A stretch of 64,000 nt of DNA from Octopus sinensis (Eukaryota). A program made the position numbers and the translations under genes. Of the stretch, positions 24,091 to 35,951 are shown one piece after another. The DNA lies in NCBI RefSeq assembly GCF_006345805.1, contig NC_043011.1:54138464-54202463 (forward strand), given 5' to 3'. How positions within the stretch are numbered: the stretch's first letter is position 1; the number at the start of each line of letters is the position of its first letter. The notes below the pieces were generated by a model that was not told the origin of the DNA, searched no databases, and was given only the letters and a program-made list of their open reading frames with translations.

Positions 24091-24160
24091 TGCCGAAACC
24101 GGGATTGACCAGGGACCTTTAGATCTTCAGTCTAACGCTCTCCACCTGAGCTATTTCGGC
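24091..24160 (-). tRNA. tRNA-Phe-GAA: tRNA-Phe(GAA) with three 1-nt deletions (pseudogene or consensus error)
   Basis: 70 nt; the missing bases all lie in short homopolymers. Confidence 0.6.
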
Positions 24161-24506
24161 TGGACGACAGGGTTCTTTGATATTGTTATTTATTCGCGAC
24201 ACAGAAGTAGTCTTGACGTAATTTACGAAAGAAAATTTTCGAGACGAAAGAAAGTCTAAGCGAAGAAAACTGATGGCTGACCGGTGGCTGCCTGGCGATG
24301 TCTTTTGCCAGACATGACAGGTAATCTCTACGCCTTGTTTTTGTCGTAATCTTCACACACAGAACGAGTGTATTTGAGATTTCCTTCTACCGGTAATTAC
24401 TAAAAGCACACTGACTTGTGGCCAACATACCCGCTCATAGTTTGAGATATGCTACCAATTTCTGTTTAGAACTCTCAATCACAGCGTTGAGTTTGTCCAC
24501 ACGCAA

Positions 24507-24737
24507 GGCGGCGAGCTGGCAGAAACGTTAGCACGCCGGACGAAATGCGTAGCGGTGTTTCGTCTGCCGTTACGTTCTGAGTTCAAATTCCGACGAGGTC
24601 GACTTTGCCTTTCATGTTTTCGGGGTCGATAAATTAAGTACCAGTTACGCACTGGGGTCGATGTTATCGACTTAATCCCTTTGTCTGTCCTTGTTTGTCC
24701 ATTCTGTGTTTAGCCCCCTTGTGGGCAATAAAGAAAT
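24507..24737 (+). mobile_element. SINE family A, full length
   Basis: ggcggcgagctggcagaaacg...gagttcaaattcc...ccccttgtgggcaataaagaaat. Confidence 0.85.
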
Positions 24738-24955
24738 GACAAGATGCAACCGCACAAGTGGAAAGTGCTTTGGGTCCGCTCACCATTCCCTGATTGACTC
24801 ATGACTCTACGAATGCCTGTGGCAGAACAGGTACAAGAAATGGCTTTAAAAAAAAAAAATATTCTGTGTCACGTGTCGCTCAATATCATTCCAATAATTT
24901 TATGAAGGAAGAAACAAGAAAAAACAAAGAAACAGATGTATGAATATATTATTCA

Positions 24956-25120
24956 TAGGCGCCGGAGAGGCTGTGTGGTAAGTAGATTGCTTACCAACCA
25001 CATGGTTCTGGGTTCAGTGTCATTGCGTGGCACCTTGGGCAAGTGTTTTCTACTATAGCCTTGGGCTGACCAAAGCCTTGTGAGTGGATTTGGTAGACGG
25101 AAACTGAAAGAAGCCCGTCG

Positions 25121-25165
<45 letters not shown>

Positions 25166-25179
25166 ATGTGCGTGTGTGT

Positions 25180-25225
<46 letters not shown>

Positions 25226-25430
25226 TGTCTGTGTTTGTCTCCCCAACATCGCTTGGCAACCGATACTGGTGTGTTTACGTCCCCGTAACTTAGCGGTTCG
25301 GCAAAAAAGACCGATATAATAAGTACTAGGCTTACAAAGAATAAGTTCTGGAGTGGATTTGCTCGACTAAAGGTGGTGCTCCAGCATGGCCGCAGTCAAA
25401 TGACTGAAACAAGTTAAAGAGCAAAAGAGT
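24956..25430 (+). mobile_element. SINE family B
   Basis: Full head and tail; its paralog is at 27662. Confidence 0.85.
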
Positions 25431-25908
25431 ATACGACATGAGGATTGAAATCGTGGCAATGAAAGTAACAGTGTTGTGTGATACGGAATGATTTCGTCAG
25501 TTTGACGTCGGTTATCCAGTTGTCTTGTACGCAAGACGAACCTAACTAAACGATAAAATTGTGTTGCAGTACGAAGATTTAGTTTGTTAAAACATTACGT
25601 ACATATCAACATAAAGCTGATACCTCGGGTCAGTACCAGCGACTAAGACTTCGTTGACAAACAAATACATTGATGTGAACATTGAGAAAATTTTAGAGAA
25701 AAATGCGCATGCGTACAGTATGAAGCTTAGAGAAATTAGGCAAGTTTTCGGGCTTTTTATATCATTTACTAAGCACCTGTCAAGGTACAAGAAGCAAAAT
25801 AAAGCTTATTATAAACCACAATGCAAAAATTGTTCCATTCTATTCCCGCAATGGGCGAGAAAAGCGAAGCTTCAACGCTGGTGTATTTTCAGCGAAACTA
25901 AAAGAATC

Positions 25909-25915
25909 CGTCCCT

Positions 25916-25976
<61 letters not shown>

Positions 25977-25982
25977 AGAGAC
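25909..25982 (-). tRNA. tRNA-Asn-GTT: tRNA-Asn(GTT), intact
   Basis: Exact reverse complement of the 21342 gene. Confidence 0.96.
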
Positions 25983-26385
25983 ACCCGTAGGCAATCTGCC
26001 AGATATATTTCTTTACTTTTAGGTTTCTTTGTTTATAGCAGAGTAATTTAGGCGTGAAATAATGTTAATTCTCTTCTACAATTACCAAAGGAAAAAGACT
26101 ATTTCCAAACAAATACCCATAACTACAGGAATGTACCTCACCTAATCTTTCTTAAAATGTATATTTTTCGTTTGAAAATTTCCAAACACAGTTATTAATT
26201 AAAATTGCATCATAAAATGTAGAAAAAATAATAATTTTCACTGGTCTGTGATCTGTTTACAATGACATTGCGTAGTTGAACGATGTTTATGGAGAAATAG
26301 CAGGAAGAAAACCAAGTTGTCATAGAAATTTCGTAAATATTTATTATTCGATTGAAGCTAAGAACAAAATGAAAGTGAGAAACAA

Positions 26386-26458
26386 TGCCGAAACCCGGGA
26401 TCGAACCAGGGAGCTTTAGATCTTCAGTCTAACGCTCTCCCACCTGAGCTATTTCGGC
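26386..26458 (-). tRNA. tRNA-Phe-GAA: tRNA-Phe(GAA) variant (G16, G46>C)
   Basis: 73 nt; stems intact; variable loop agctc. Confidence 0.85.
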
Positions 26459-26805
26459 TGGACGACATGGCTCTTTGATATTGTTTATTTATTCGATACT
26501 GAAGTAGTCTTGACGTAATTTACGAAAGAAAATTTTCGAGACGAAAGAAAGTCTAAGAGAAGAAAACTGATGTCTGACCGGTGGCTGCCTAGCGATGTCT
26601 TTTGCCAGACATGACAGGTAATTCTCTACGCCTTGTTTTTGTCGTAATCTTCACACACAGAACGAGTGTATTTGAGATTTCCCTCTACCGGTAATTACTA
26701 AAAACACACTGACTTGTGGTCGACATACCCGCTCATAGTTTGAGATATGCTACCAATTTCTGTTTAGAACTCTCAATCACAGCGTTGAGTTTGTCCATAC
26801 GCAAG

Positions 26806-27440
26806 ACCGTGAGCTGGCAGAAACGTTAGCACGCCGGACGAAATGCGTAGCGGTGTTTCGTCTGCCGTTACGTTCTGAGTTCAAATTCCGACGAGGTCGA
26901 CTTTGCCTTTCATGTTTTCGGGGTCGATAAATTAAGTACCAGTTACGCTCTGGGGTCGATGTTATCGACTTAATCCGTTTGTCTGTCTTTGTTTGTCCCT
27001 TCTGTGTTTATCCCCTTGTGGGTAGTAAAGAAATAGGTATTTTGTCTGTCTTTATGTTCTGAGTTCAAATTGCGCAGAGATCGACTTAGCCTTTCATACT
27101 TTCGGGGTCGATAAATTAAGTACCAGTTGTGTACTGGGCCGATCTAATCGACTGCCCCCGCCTCTCCACAAATTTCAGGCCTTGTGCCTAGAGTGGAAAA
27201 GATTCTGAAGGTGGCGAGCTGGCAGAAACGTTAGCAGGTCGGGTGAAATACTTAGCGGTATTTCGTCTGCTGTTACGTTCTGAGTTCAAATTCCGACGAG
27301 GTCGACTTTGCCTTTCATCCTTTCGGGGTCGATAAATTTAATACCAGTTACGCACTGGGGTCGATGTCATCGACTTAATCCCTTTGTCTGTCCTTGTTTG
27401 TCTCCTCTGTGTTTAGCCCCCTTGTGGGCAATAAAGAAAT
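26806..27440 (+). mobile_element. SINE family A multimer
   Basis: Heads at about 26806 and 27209; tail-to-internal junction at about 27035. Confidence 0.8.
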
Positions 27441-27661
27441 GACGAGATGCAACCGCACAAGTGGAAAGTGCTTTGGGTCCGCTCACCATTCCCTGATTGA
27501 CTCATGACTCTACGAATGCCTGTGGCAGAACAGGTACAAGAAATGGCTTTTTAAAAAAAAAAATATTCTGTGTCACGTGTCGCACAATATCATTCCAATA
27601 ATTTTATGAAGGAAGAAACAGAAGAAAAAACGAAGAAACAGATGTATGAATATATTATTCA

Positions 27662-28065
27662 TAGGCGCCGGAGAGGCTGTGTGGTAAGTAGCTTGCTTAC
27701 CAACCACATGGTTCTGGGATCAGTCTCATTGCGTGGCACCTTGGGCAAGTGTTTTCTACTATAGTCTTGGGCTGACCAAAGCCTTGTGAGTGGATTTGGT
27801 AGACGGAAACTGAAAGAAGCCCGTCGTATATATGTATATACATGTGTGTGTGTGATTGTGTGTCTGTGTTCGTCTCCCCAACATCGCTTGGCAATCGATG
27901 CTAGTGTGTTTACGTCCCCGTAACTTAGCGGTTCGGCAAAAAAGACCGATAGAATAAGTACTAGGCTTACAAAGAATAAGTTCTGGGGTCGATTTGCTCG
28001 ACTGAAGGCGGTGCTCCAGCATGGCCGCAGTCAAATGACTGAAACAAGTAAAAGAGTAAAAGAGT
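27662..28065 (+). mobile_element. SINE family B
   Basis: Paralog of the 24956 copy with shared flanks. Confidence 0.85.
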
Positions 28066-28574
28066 ATACGACATGAGGATTGAAATCGTGGCAATGAAAG
28101 TAACAGTGTTGTGTTATACGGAATGATTTCGTCAGTTTGACGTCGGTTATCCAGTTGTCTTGTACGCAAGACGAACCTAACTAAACGATAAAATTGTGTT
28201 GCAGTACGAAGATTTAGTTTGTTAAAACATTACGTACATATCAACATAATATTTTCGATAAAGCCGATACCTCGGGTCAGTACCAGCTACTAAGACTTCG
28301 TTGACAAACAAATACATTGATGTGAACATTGAGAAAATTTGAGAGAATAATGCGCATGCGTACAGTATGAAGCTTAGAGAAATTAGGCAAGTTTTCGGGC
28401 TTTTTTATAATATCAGTTTTTATAATATCATTTACTAAGCACCTGTAAAGGTAGAAGAAGCAAAATAATGCTTATTATAAACCACAATGCAAACATTCTT
28501 CTATTCTATTCCCGCAACGGTCGAGAAAAGCGAAGCTTCAACGCTGGTGTATTTTCAACAAAAGCGAAAGAATC

Positions 28575-28581
28575 CGTCCCT

Positions 28582-28642
<61 letters not shown>

Positions 28643-28648
28643 AGAGAC
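28575..28648 (-). tRNA. tRNA-Asn-GTT: tRNA-Asn(GTT), intact
   Basis: Canonical 74 nt. Confidence 0.96.
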
Positions 28649-29067
28649 AGCTATAAATACTGCGAGATATATTTCTTTTCTTTTAGTTTTCTTCATTTGT
28701 AGCAGAGAAATGTAGGCGTGAAATAATTTTAATTCTCTTCTACAATTACCAAGGGAAAAGAACTATTTCCAAAACAATTAGCCATAACTAGAGGAATGCA
28801 CTTCACCTAATCTTTCTTAAAAATCTATACCTTTAGTTTGAAAATTTCCAAACATAGTTATGAATTAAAATTGCATCATAAAATGTTGAAAAAATAATAA
28901 TTTTCACTGGACTGTCATCTGTTTCCTTCAGTTTACAATGACATTGCGTAGTTGAACAATGTTTATGGAGAGATGGCATGAACAAATCCAAGTTGTCATA
29001 GAAATTTCGTAAATATTTATAATTCGATTCCACCTAAGAACAAAATTAAAAAAAAAATGAAGTACCA

Positions 29068-29128
29068 TGCCGAAACCCGGGACCTTTAGATCTTCAGTCT
29101 AACGCTCTCCCAACTGAGCTATTTCGGC
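29068..29128 (-). pseudogene. tRNA-Phe: tRNA-Phe lacking the T-arm (12-nt deletion)
   Basis: 61 nt; deletion between tccc direct repeats; B box lost. Confidence 0.9.
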
Positions 29129-29267
29129 CGTTCGATGCTGACTTACAATTTTACTGATGTATTCTACATTGAAATAGTTTGTCGCAAAATTTTCGAAACA
29201 AAAACGTAACCAAGGAAACCTGATAGCTGACCAGTGGCTATTTAGTGATGTGTTTCGCTAGACTTGG

Positions 29268-29967
29268 CAGGGTGGCCACAATGTCACGTACCATGGGAGA
29301 TATCAAGTATGCTTTATTAGCAATGAAGTAAGTAATTCATTACAAATGTTCGATGTGTTGGCCATGTAGCTCTAAACAAGTCTACATACGGAATTTGAAA
29401 TTACGATGAATCCTTTAAAACAACTCTTCATTGCTATTGACTTGTTCACACGCTTCAACAGTTCTTTGAAGAAATTGTTCTTGGTCACGAATCTTTTCAG
29501 AATACACTCGGAATTTAATGTAGCCCCAGAAGAGAAAAGTCCATGGGGGTTAAATCTGGTGACGGTGGTGGCCATTCAAGTGGCCCGTGACGCCCAAACC
29601 ATCTCCCTGGAAAATGTTCATTCAGAAAATCTCGAACCTGTAGTACATAATGGGGCCAAGCCCCATTCTGCTGAAAGCAGACAGAATTTCCCCTTCAATG
29701 TGAATGCACATGAGGCATCGTCTTGTTGCTAAACATGTCCAGATACGAATCACCTGTCACAGAGCCCTCAAAATAAAATGGTCCAATCACTCGATTGGGC
29801 CAAATCCCACACCCACCATTACCTAGCCCTAGGGTAGTTGATTATCTATCTCCATCCAATGAGGATTGGTTTGCGAGTAATATCAGCAGTTGTGAAAAGA
29901 GATGTAGAAAGAGAATGCTAGCAATCTCACATACTGCAGGATGGTGCGTGACTTTATGGCCACCCTG
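29268..29967 (-). mobile_element. Second copy of the DD41D Tc1/mariner derivative
   Basis: Inverted paralog of 20012-20715 with the same flanks; TA at 29968-29969. Confidence 0.88.
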
Positions 29968-30224
29968 TATATGCCCTACCCTGTCGCAATCGTGACACAC
30001 AAAACTAGTGTATTGGAGATTCGCTTCTGCCGGGTACTACTATAAACACTGAATTGGCCACCATCCCCACAGGTATTAGAGACATCATGCTCGCAATTTC
30101 AGTTTTGTATTCTCAACTAGTGGTTAGAGCAGCGGACTCGCTGCTCTAACCACTAGGCCAGAGACCGGTCGATATATGTGTTTATGAGCGAAACGTATAA
30201 GGATAAAATAAATTCGAACTGGTA

Positions 30225-30297
30225 TGCCGAAACCCGGGATTGAACCAGGGACCTTTAGATCTTCAGTCTAACGCTCTCCCACCTGAGCTATTTCGGC
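30225..30297 (-). tRNA. tRNA-Phe-GAA: tRNA-Phe(GAA), intact (G16)
   Basis: 73-nt cloverleaf. Confidence 0.93.
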
Positions 30298-30786
30298 TGG
30301 ACGACAGAGTTCTTTGGTATTGTTTATTTATTCGATACAGAAGTAGTCTTGACGTAATTTACGAAAGAAAATTTTCGAGACGAAAGAAAGTCTAAGCGAA
30401 GAAAACTGATGGTTGACCGGTGGCTGCCTGGCGATGTCTTTTGTCGGACATGACAGGTAATTCTCTACGCCTTGTTTTTGTCGCAATCTTCACACACAGA
30501 ACGAGTGTATTTGAGATTTCCTTCTACAGGTAATTACTAAAAACACACTGACTTGTGGCCAACAAACCCGCTCATAGTTTGAGATATGCTACCAATTTCT
30601 GTTTAGAACTCTCAATCACAGCGTTGGGTTTGTCCACACGCAAGGCCGTGCAATCGTGAGACACAAAACGAGTGTATTGGAGATTCGCTTCTGCCGGTTA
30701 CTACTATAAACACCGAATTGGCCACCATACCAACTGGCAGTAGAGGCATCATGCTCGCAATTTCAGTTTCGTATTCTCAACCACAG

Positions 30787-31090
30787 TGGAGGCACATGGC
30801 CTAGTGGTTAGAGCAGCGGACTCGCGGTCGAGGGATCGCGAGTTTGAATTAGAGACCGGGCGATATATGGGTTTTTGAGAGAAACAGCTAAGTTCCATGC
30901 GGCTCCGGCAGAAGGTAATTGCAAACTTCTGCTGACTCTTTCGCTATAACCTTCTCTCACTCTTTCCTCCTGCATTTTGCAGCTCACCTGCGACGGACCG
31001 GCGTTCCGTCCAGGTGGGGAACCTATACGCCAAGGAAACCGGGAAACCGGCATTTACGAGCCAGACATGGCTCGAGAAGTAACAAACAAC
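30787..31090 (+). mobile_element. SINE family C, full length with 14-bp TSD
   Basis: TSD attctcaaccacag at 30773-30786 and 31091-31104. Confidence 0.9.
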
Positions 31091-31219
31091 ATTCTCAACC
31101 ACAGCGTAGATTTTGTCATCTCGCACGACGTGACGTATACTGAATAAATGGAAAGCACACTGGTCTTTGACTCAAGAAATATACGGCACTGTGTCACTCA
31201 TCGGTCTATGATGAGTGAC

Positions 31220-31255
31220 ACCGAAAGGCTGGTGGTTCAAGCCCACCCAGGGACA
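31220..31255 (+). pseudogene. tRNA-Asn: 3' fragment of tRNA-Asn
   Basis: accgaaaggctggtggttcaagcccacccagggaca followed by the usual Asn downstream flank. Confidence 0.75.
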
Positions 31256-31644
31256 GATTCTTTCACTTTTGCTGAAAATATACCAGCGTTGAAGCTTCTC
31301 TTTTCTCGACCGTTGCGGGAATAGAATAGAACAATTTCTGCATTGTGGTTTATAATAAGCTTTATTTTGCTTCTTCTACCTTTACAGGTGCTTAGTAAAT
31401 GTAATATAAACTAATATTATAAAAAAAGCCCGAAAACTTGTACAATCTCTTCTCCACTAAATCTCACAGATGTATGACGATAAATTAATATTGCTTTTGT
31501 TTTATTTAATAAAGATAATTTTCTTCAAGGGCATTTTCCGTGTCTTAAAATATATTTCATCGGATATTTTTCATTTCAAAGAATTCTCCCATTTACTCAG
31601 TCAATACAGAATACGTCAATAAAATGGTAAATCAGCAACGCACA

Positions 31645-31717
31645 GCCGAAATAGCTCAGTTGGGAGAGCGTTAGACTGAAGATCTAAAGGTCCCTGGTTC
31701 AATCCCGGGTTTCGGCA
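31645..31717 (+). tRNA. tRNA-Phe-GAA: tRNA-Phe(GAA), intact
   Basis: Identical to the 20855 gene. Confidence 0.96.
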
Positions 31718-32136
31718 TGGTACTTCAATTTTTAAAATTTTGTTCTTGGGTTCAATCGAATTATAAATATTGACAATATTTCTATGACAACTTGGTTTTC
31801 TTCATGCCATCTCTCCATAAATATCGTTCAACTACGCAACGTCATTGTAAACAGAAGGAAACAGATCACAGACCAGTGAAAATTATTATTTTTTCAACAT
31901 TTTATGATGCAATTTTAATTAATAAGTATGTTTGGAAATTTTCAAACTAAAGGTATAGATTTTTAAGAAAGATTAGGTGAAGTGCATTCCTCTAGTTATG
32001 GCTAATTGTTTTGGAAATAGTTCTTTTCCCTTGGTAATTGTAAAAGAGAATTAAAATTATTTCACGCCTACATTTCTCTGCTACAAACGAAGAAAACTAA
32101 AAGAAAAGAAACATATCTCGCAGCTTGTCTACAGAT

Positions 32137-32153
32137 GTCTCTGTGGCGCAATT

Positions 32154-32203
<50 letters not shown>

Positions 32204-32210
32204 AGGGACG
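32137..32210 (+). tRNA. tRNA-Asn-GTT: tRNA-Asn(GTT), intact (D-loop C>T)
   Basis: 74 nt; stems intact. Confidence 0.94.
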
Positions 32211-32599
32211 GATTCTTTCACTTTTGCTGAAAATATACCAGCGTTGAAGCTTCTCTTTTCTCGACCGTTGCGGGAATAGAATAGAACAATTTCTGCATTG
32301 TGGTTTATAATAAGCTTTATTTTGCTTCTTCTACCTTTACAGGTGCTTAGTAAATGTAATATAAACTAATATTATAAAAAAAGCCCGAAAACTTGTACAA
32401 TCTCTTCTCCACTAAATCTCACAGATGTATGACGATAAATTAATATTGCTTTTGTTTTATTTAATAAAGATAATTTTCTTCAAGGGCATTTTCCGTGTCT
32501 TAAAATATATTTCATCGGATATTTTTCATTTCAAAGAATTCTCCCATTTACTCAGTCAATACAGAATACGTCAATAAAATGGTAAATCAGCAACGCACA

Positions 32600-32660
32600 G
32601 CCGAAATAGCTCAGTTGGGAGAGCGTTAGACTGAAGATCTAAAGGTCCCGGGTTTCGGCA
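32600..32660 (+). pseudogene. tRNA-Phe: tRNA-Phe lacking the T-arm (same 12-nt deletion as 29068)
   Basis: aaaggtcccgggtttcggca; 61 nt. Confidence 0.9.
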
Positions 32661-33079
32661 TGGTACTTCAATTTTTAAAATTTTGTTCTTGGGTTCAATC
32701 GAATTATAAATATTGACAATATTTCTATGACAACTTGGTTTTCTTCATGCCATCTCTCCATAAATATCGTTCAACTACGCAACGTCATTGTAAACAGAAG
32801 GAAACAGATCACAGACCAGTGAAAATTATTATTTTTTCAACATTTTATGATGCAATTTTAATTAATAAGTATGTTTGGAAATTTTCAAACTAAAGGTATA
32901 GATTTTTAAGAAAGATTAGGTGAAGTGCATTCCTCTAGTTATGGCTAATTGTTTTGGAAATAGTTCTTTTCCCTTGGTAATTGTAAAAGAGAATTAAAAT
33001 TATTTCACGCCTACATTTCTCTGCTACAAACGAAGAAAACTAAAAGAAAAGAAACATATCTCGCAGCTTGTCTACAGAT

Positions 33080-33096
33080 GTCTCTGTGGCGCAATT

Positions 33097-33146
<50 letters not shown>

Positions 33147-33153
33147 AGGGACG
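33080..33153 (+). tRNA. tRNA-Asn-GTT: tRNA-Asn(GTT), intact
   Basis: Identical to the 32137 gene; part of a 955-bp tandem unit (31220-33480). Confidence 0.94.
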
Positions 33154-33970
33154 GATTCTTTCAGTTTTGCTGAAAATACATCAGCGTTGAAGCTTCTGTT
33201 TTCTCGCCCATTGTGGGAATAGAATAGAACAATTTCTGCATTATGGTTTATAATAAGCTTTATTTTGCTTCTTCTACCTTTACAGGTGCTTAGTAAATGT
33301 AATATAAACTAATATTATTTAAAAAAAAGCCCGAAAACTTGTACAATCTCTTCTTCACTAAATCTCACAGATGTATGACGAAAAATTAATATTGCTTTTG
33401 TTTTAGTTAATAAAGATAATTTTCTTCAAAGACATTTTCCGTGTTTTAAAATATATTTCATCGGATATTTTTCATTTAACAGAATTCTCCCATTTACTCT
33501 GCCACATTTTGTGAAGTTGTTGCAACGTTTTCAATTTCTTACGGACAAAAGCTGAAAATAGCGACTTCCGGTATATCGAAAATGGAGGGTTCAGATTGAT
33601 TTAAATTTGAACAGTTAAAATATTCTTAACGTCTATATCATAATTATATGAAAGTATAAAAACAAACAATCAAATATACTATTCCCTCCACTTAGCAATG
33701 GGAATATCGTCAACGAATGTACAAGTGTTTCGCTCTCCCGAATGATTTCGTCGATTTGACAAATTCTTCACGAATTGTCTTATGTGAAAAGAAACTTAAT
33801 AGAACGATAAATTTAAACTGTGTTAAAGTTTGTTAAAATATTACGGTCTATACGCCTCATATTGTCCATAAAGCTGATATTTCGGCTAAGAGCAAAGAAT
33901 TACGAGTTGGTTTAGAAAAAATATTTAGTACTGAAGATTGTGAACAATTTTCTGAAAAATATTGAAAAAT

Positions 33971-34135
33971 AATGAAGAGCAATTTGAAAGGGTTCATCGC
34001 AATTTCAAATTCCGTATTAACACTTCTTTAGAGCTACATGGCCAACACATCGAACATTTGTAATGGATTACTTACATCATTGCTAATAAAGCATACTTGA
34101 TATCTCTCGTGGTACGTGACTTTGTGATCACCCTG
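33971..34135 (+). mobile_element. 3' end of a third copy of the Tc1/mariner derivative
   Basis: Homologous to 20550-20715, including the right TIR and the ccaagt flank. Confidence 0.8.
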
Positions 34136-34273
34136 CCAAGTCTAGCGAAACACATCACCGAACAGCCACTGGTCAGCTACCGAATCTTCTCGGTTATACT
34201 TTCGTTTCGAAAATTTGCGACAAACTATTTCAATGTAGAATACATCAGTAAAATTGTAAGTCAGCATCGAACA

Positions 34274-34346
34274 GCCGAAATAGCTCAGGTGGGAGAGCGT
34301 TAGACTGAAGATCTAAAGGTCCCTGGTTCGATCCCGGGTTTCGGCA
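34274..34346 (+). tRNA. tRNA-Phe-GAA: tRNA-Phe(GAA), intact (G16)
   Basis: 73 nt; T-loop ttcgatc. Confidence 0.94.
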
Positions 34347-34979
34347 TGGTTCCTCATTTTTTATTTTGTTCTTAGGTTCAATCGAATTATAAATATTTAC
34401 AATATTTCTATGACAACTTGGTTTTCTTCATGCCATCTCTCCATAAACATCGTTCAACTACGAAACGTCATTGTAAACAGAAGGAAACAGATCACAGACC
34501 AGTGAAAATTATTATTTTTTCAACATTTTATGATGCAATTTTAATTAATAACTATGTTTGGAAATTTTCAAACTAAAGGTATAGATTTTTAAGAAAGATT
34601 AGGTGAAGTGCATTCCTCTAGTTATGGGTAATTGTTTTGGAAATAGTTCTTTTCCCTTGGTAATTGTAGAAGAGAATTAAAATTATTTCACGCCTACATT
34701 TCTCTGCTACAAATGAAGAAAACTAAAAGAAAAGAAATATATCTCGCACTCTTGGTAATATTGGTAAGCACCATAAGTTTAATGTAGAAGAAATAATGCT
34801 AAGATGCTGCAAGTTTTTGATACTTCTTATAATAACAATTCATATAATGTTTCTTGAGAAAGTACAATCACTGAGGAAGGGAATAAATTTTAGTTTGAGG
34901 TGAATACAAGTGGCGAGAAGACAGAAAAAGCTTTCATCCAGGTGTAATTGCAAAAAATTTCAGCAAAAATTTATTCAAT

Positions 34980-34996
34980 CGTCCCCGGGTGGACTC

Positions 34997-35047
<51 letters not shown>

Positions 35048-35053
35048 AGAGAC
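34980..35053 (-). tRNA. tRNA-Asn-GTT: tRNA-Asn(GTT) isodecoder (U6:G67, T-loop ttcgagt)
   Basis: 74 nt; stems pair, allowing G:U. Confidence 0.9.
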
Positions 35054-35074
35054 TCCTCGCTGAAAATAGGCAAA

Positions 35075-35476
35075 TCTCTCTCTATATAAAGCTGAAGTTG
35101 TCTGTGTATGGCAGGTTTGATAGCCTTCAACTAACAACTATCTCCTCCGAGACCCTACGGCGCAAGTTGACCAAAATTGAGAGTATGACAGAAGAAGGCT
35201 TGCTCTTCCTTCCGTAGAGGAAAAAATTCAAATCGGACCATGTTAACACCAAAAATTATTTACATTTAAAAGGTGCTTTTTTTTTTATATGAAAATCCCT
35301 TTTTTTTACGAATTTTTGACTGCTGTGTCGCCATTTTTCGGTGTATTTCAACCAGAAAAATGTTCACTTAAAGAGAATAACAAGCTAACTCATGCAAAAG
35401 TTTTACTTTTCAAAAATTCCAATTCTAAAGGGTCGAAAAGAAAACAAACCCGAGCAACGCCGGGCGATACTACTAG
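35075..35476 (+). mobile_element. Non-autonomous Helitron
   Basis: 5' TC (tctctctctatataaa); 3' hairpin cccgagcaacgccggg then CTAG; inserted between A and T; absent from paralogous Asn flanks. Confidence 0.85.
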
Positions 35477-35878
35477 TAATAATTATTTTTCTCTAGTTTT
35501 CTTCGTTTCGTAGCACATGATTATACACGTGAAAGAATTTTGATTCTGTTTTATAATCACCAAAAAGAAAGCTAATTTCCAAAGCGATCTACCATTAATA
35601 CTGGAATGTGCCTCACCTAATTTTTCTTAAAAATGCATGTTTTCTTGAAATATTCCAAACGTACATATAAATTATGATTGTCCTGATAGAATGTTAAAAA
35701 AAAGTTGATAATTTTCACAAGTCTGTGATCTGTTTTCTTCCATGGACAATGGCGTTGTGGAGAGGAGCAATGTGTAGGGAGCGGTGGTATGAAGAAATGT
35801 CAGTTATTATAAAAGAATTATCAAATATTCATAGCTCGATTGAACCCAGTCAAACAAAAAATGAAAGCAGATGTTCGT

Positions 35879-35951
35879 TGCCGAAACCCGGGATCGAACC
35901 AGGGACCTTTAGATCTTCAGTCTAACGCTCTCCCACCTGAGCTATTTCGGC
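35879..35951 (-). tRNA. tRNA-Phe-GAA: tRNA-Phe(GAA), intact (G16)
   Basis: 73 nt. Confidence 0.94.
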
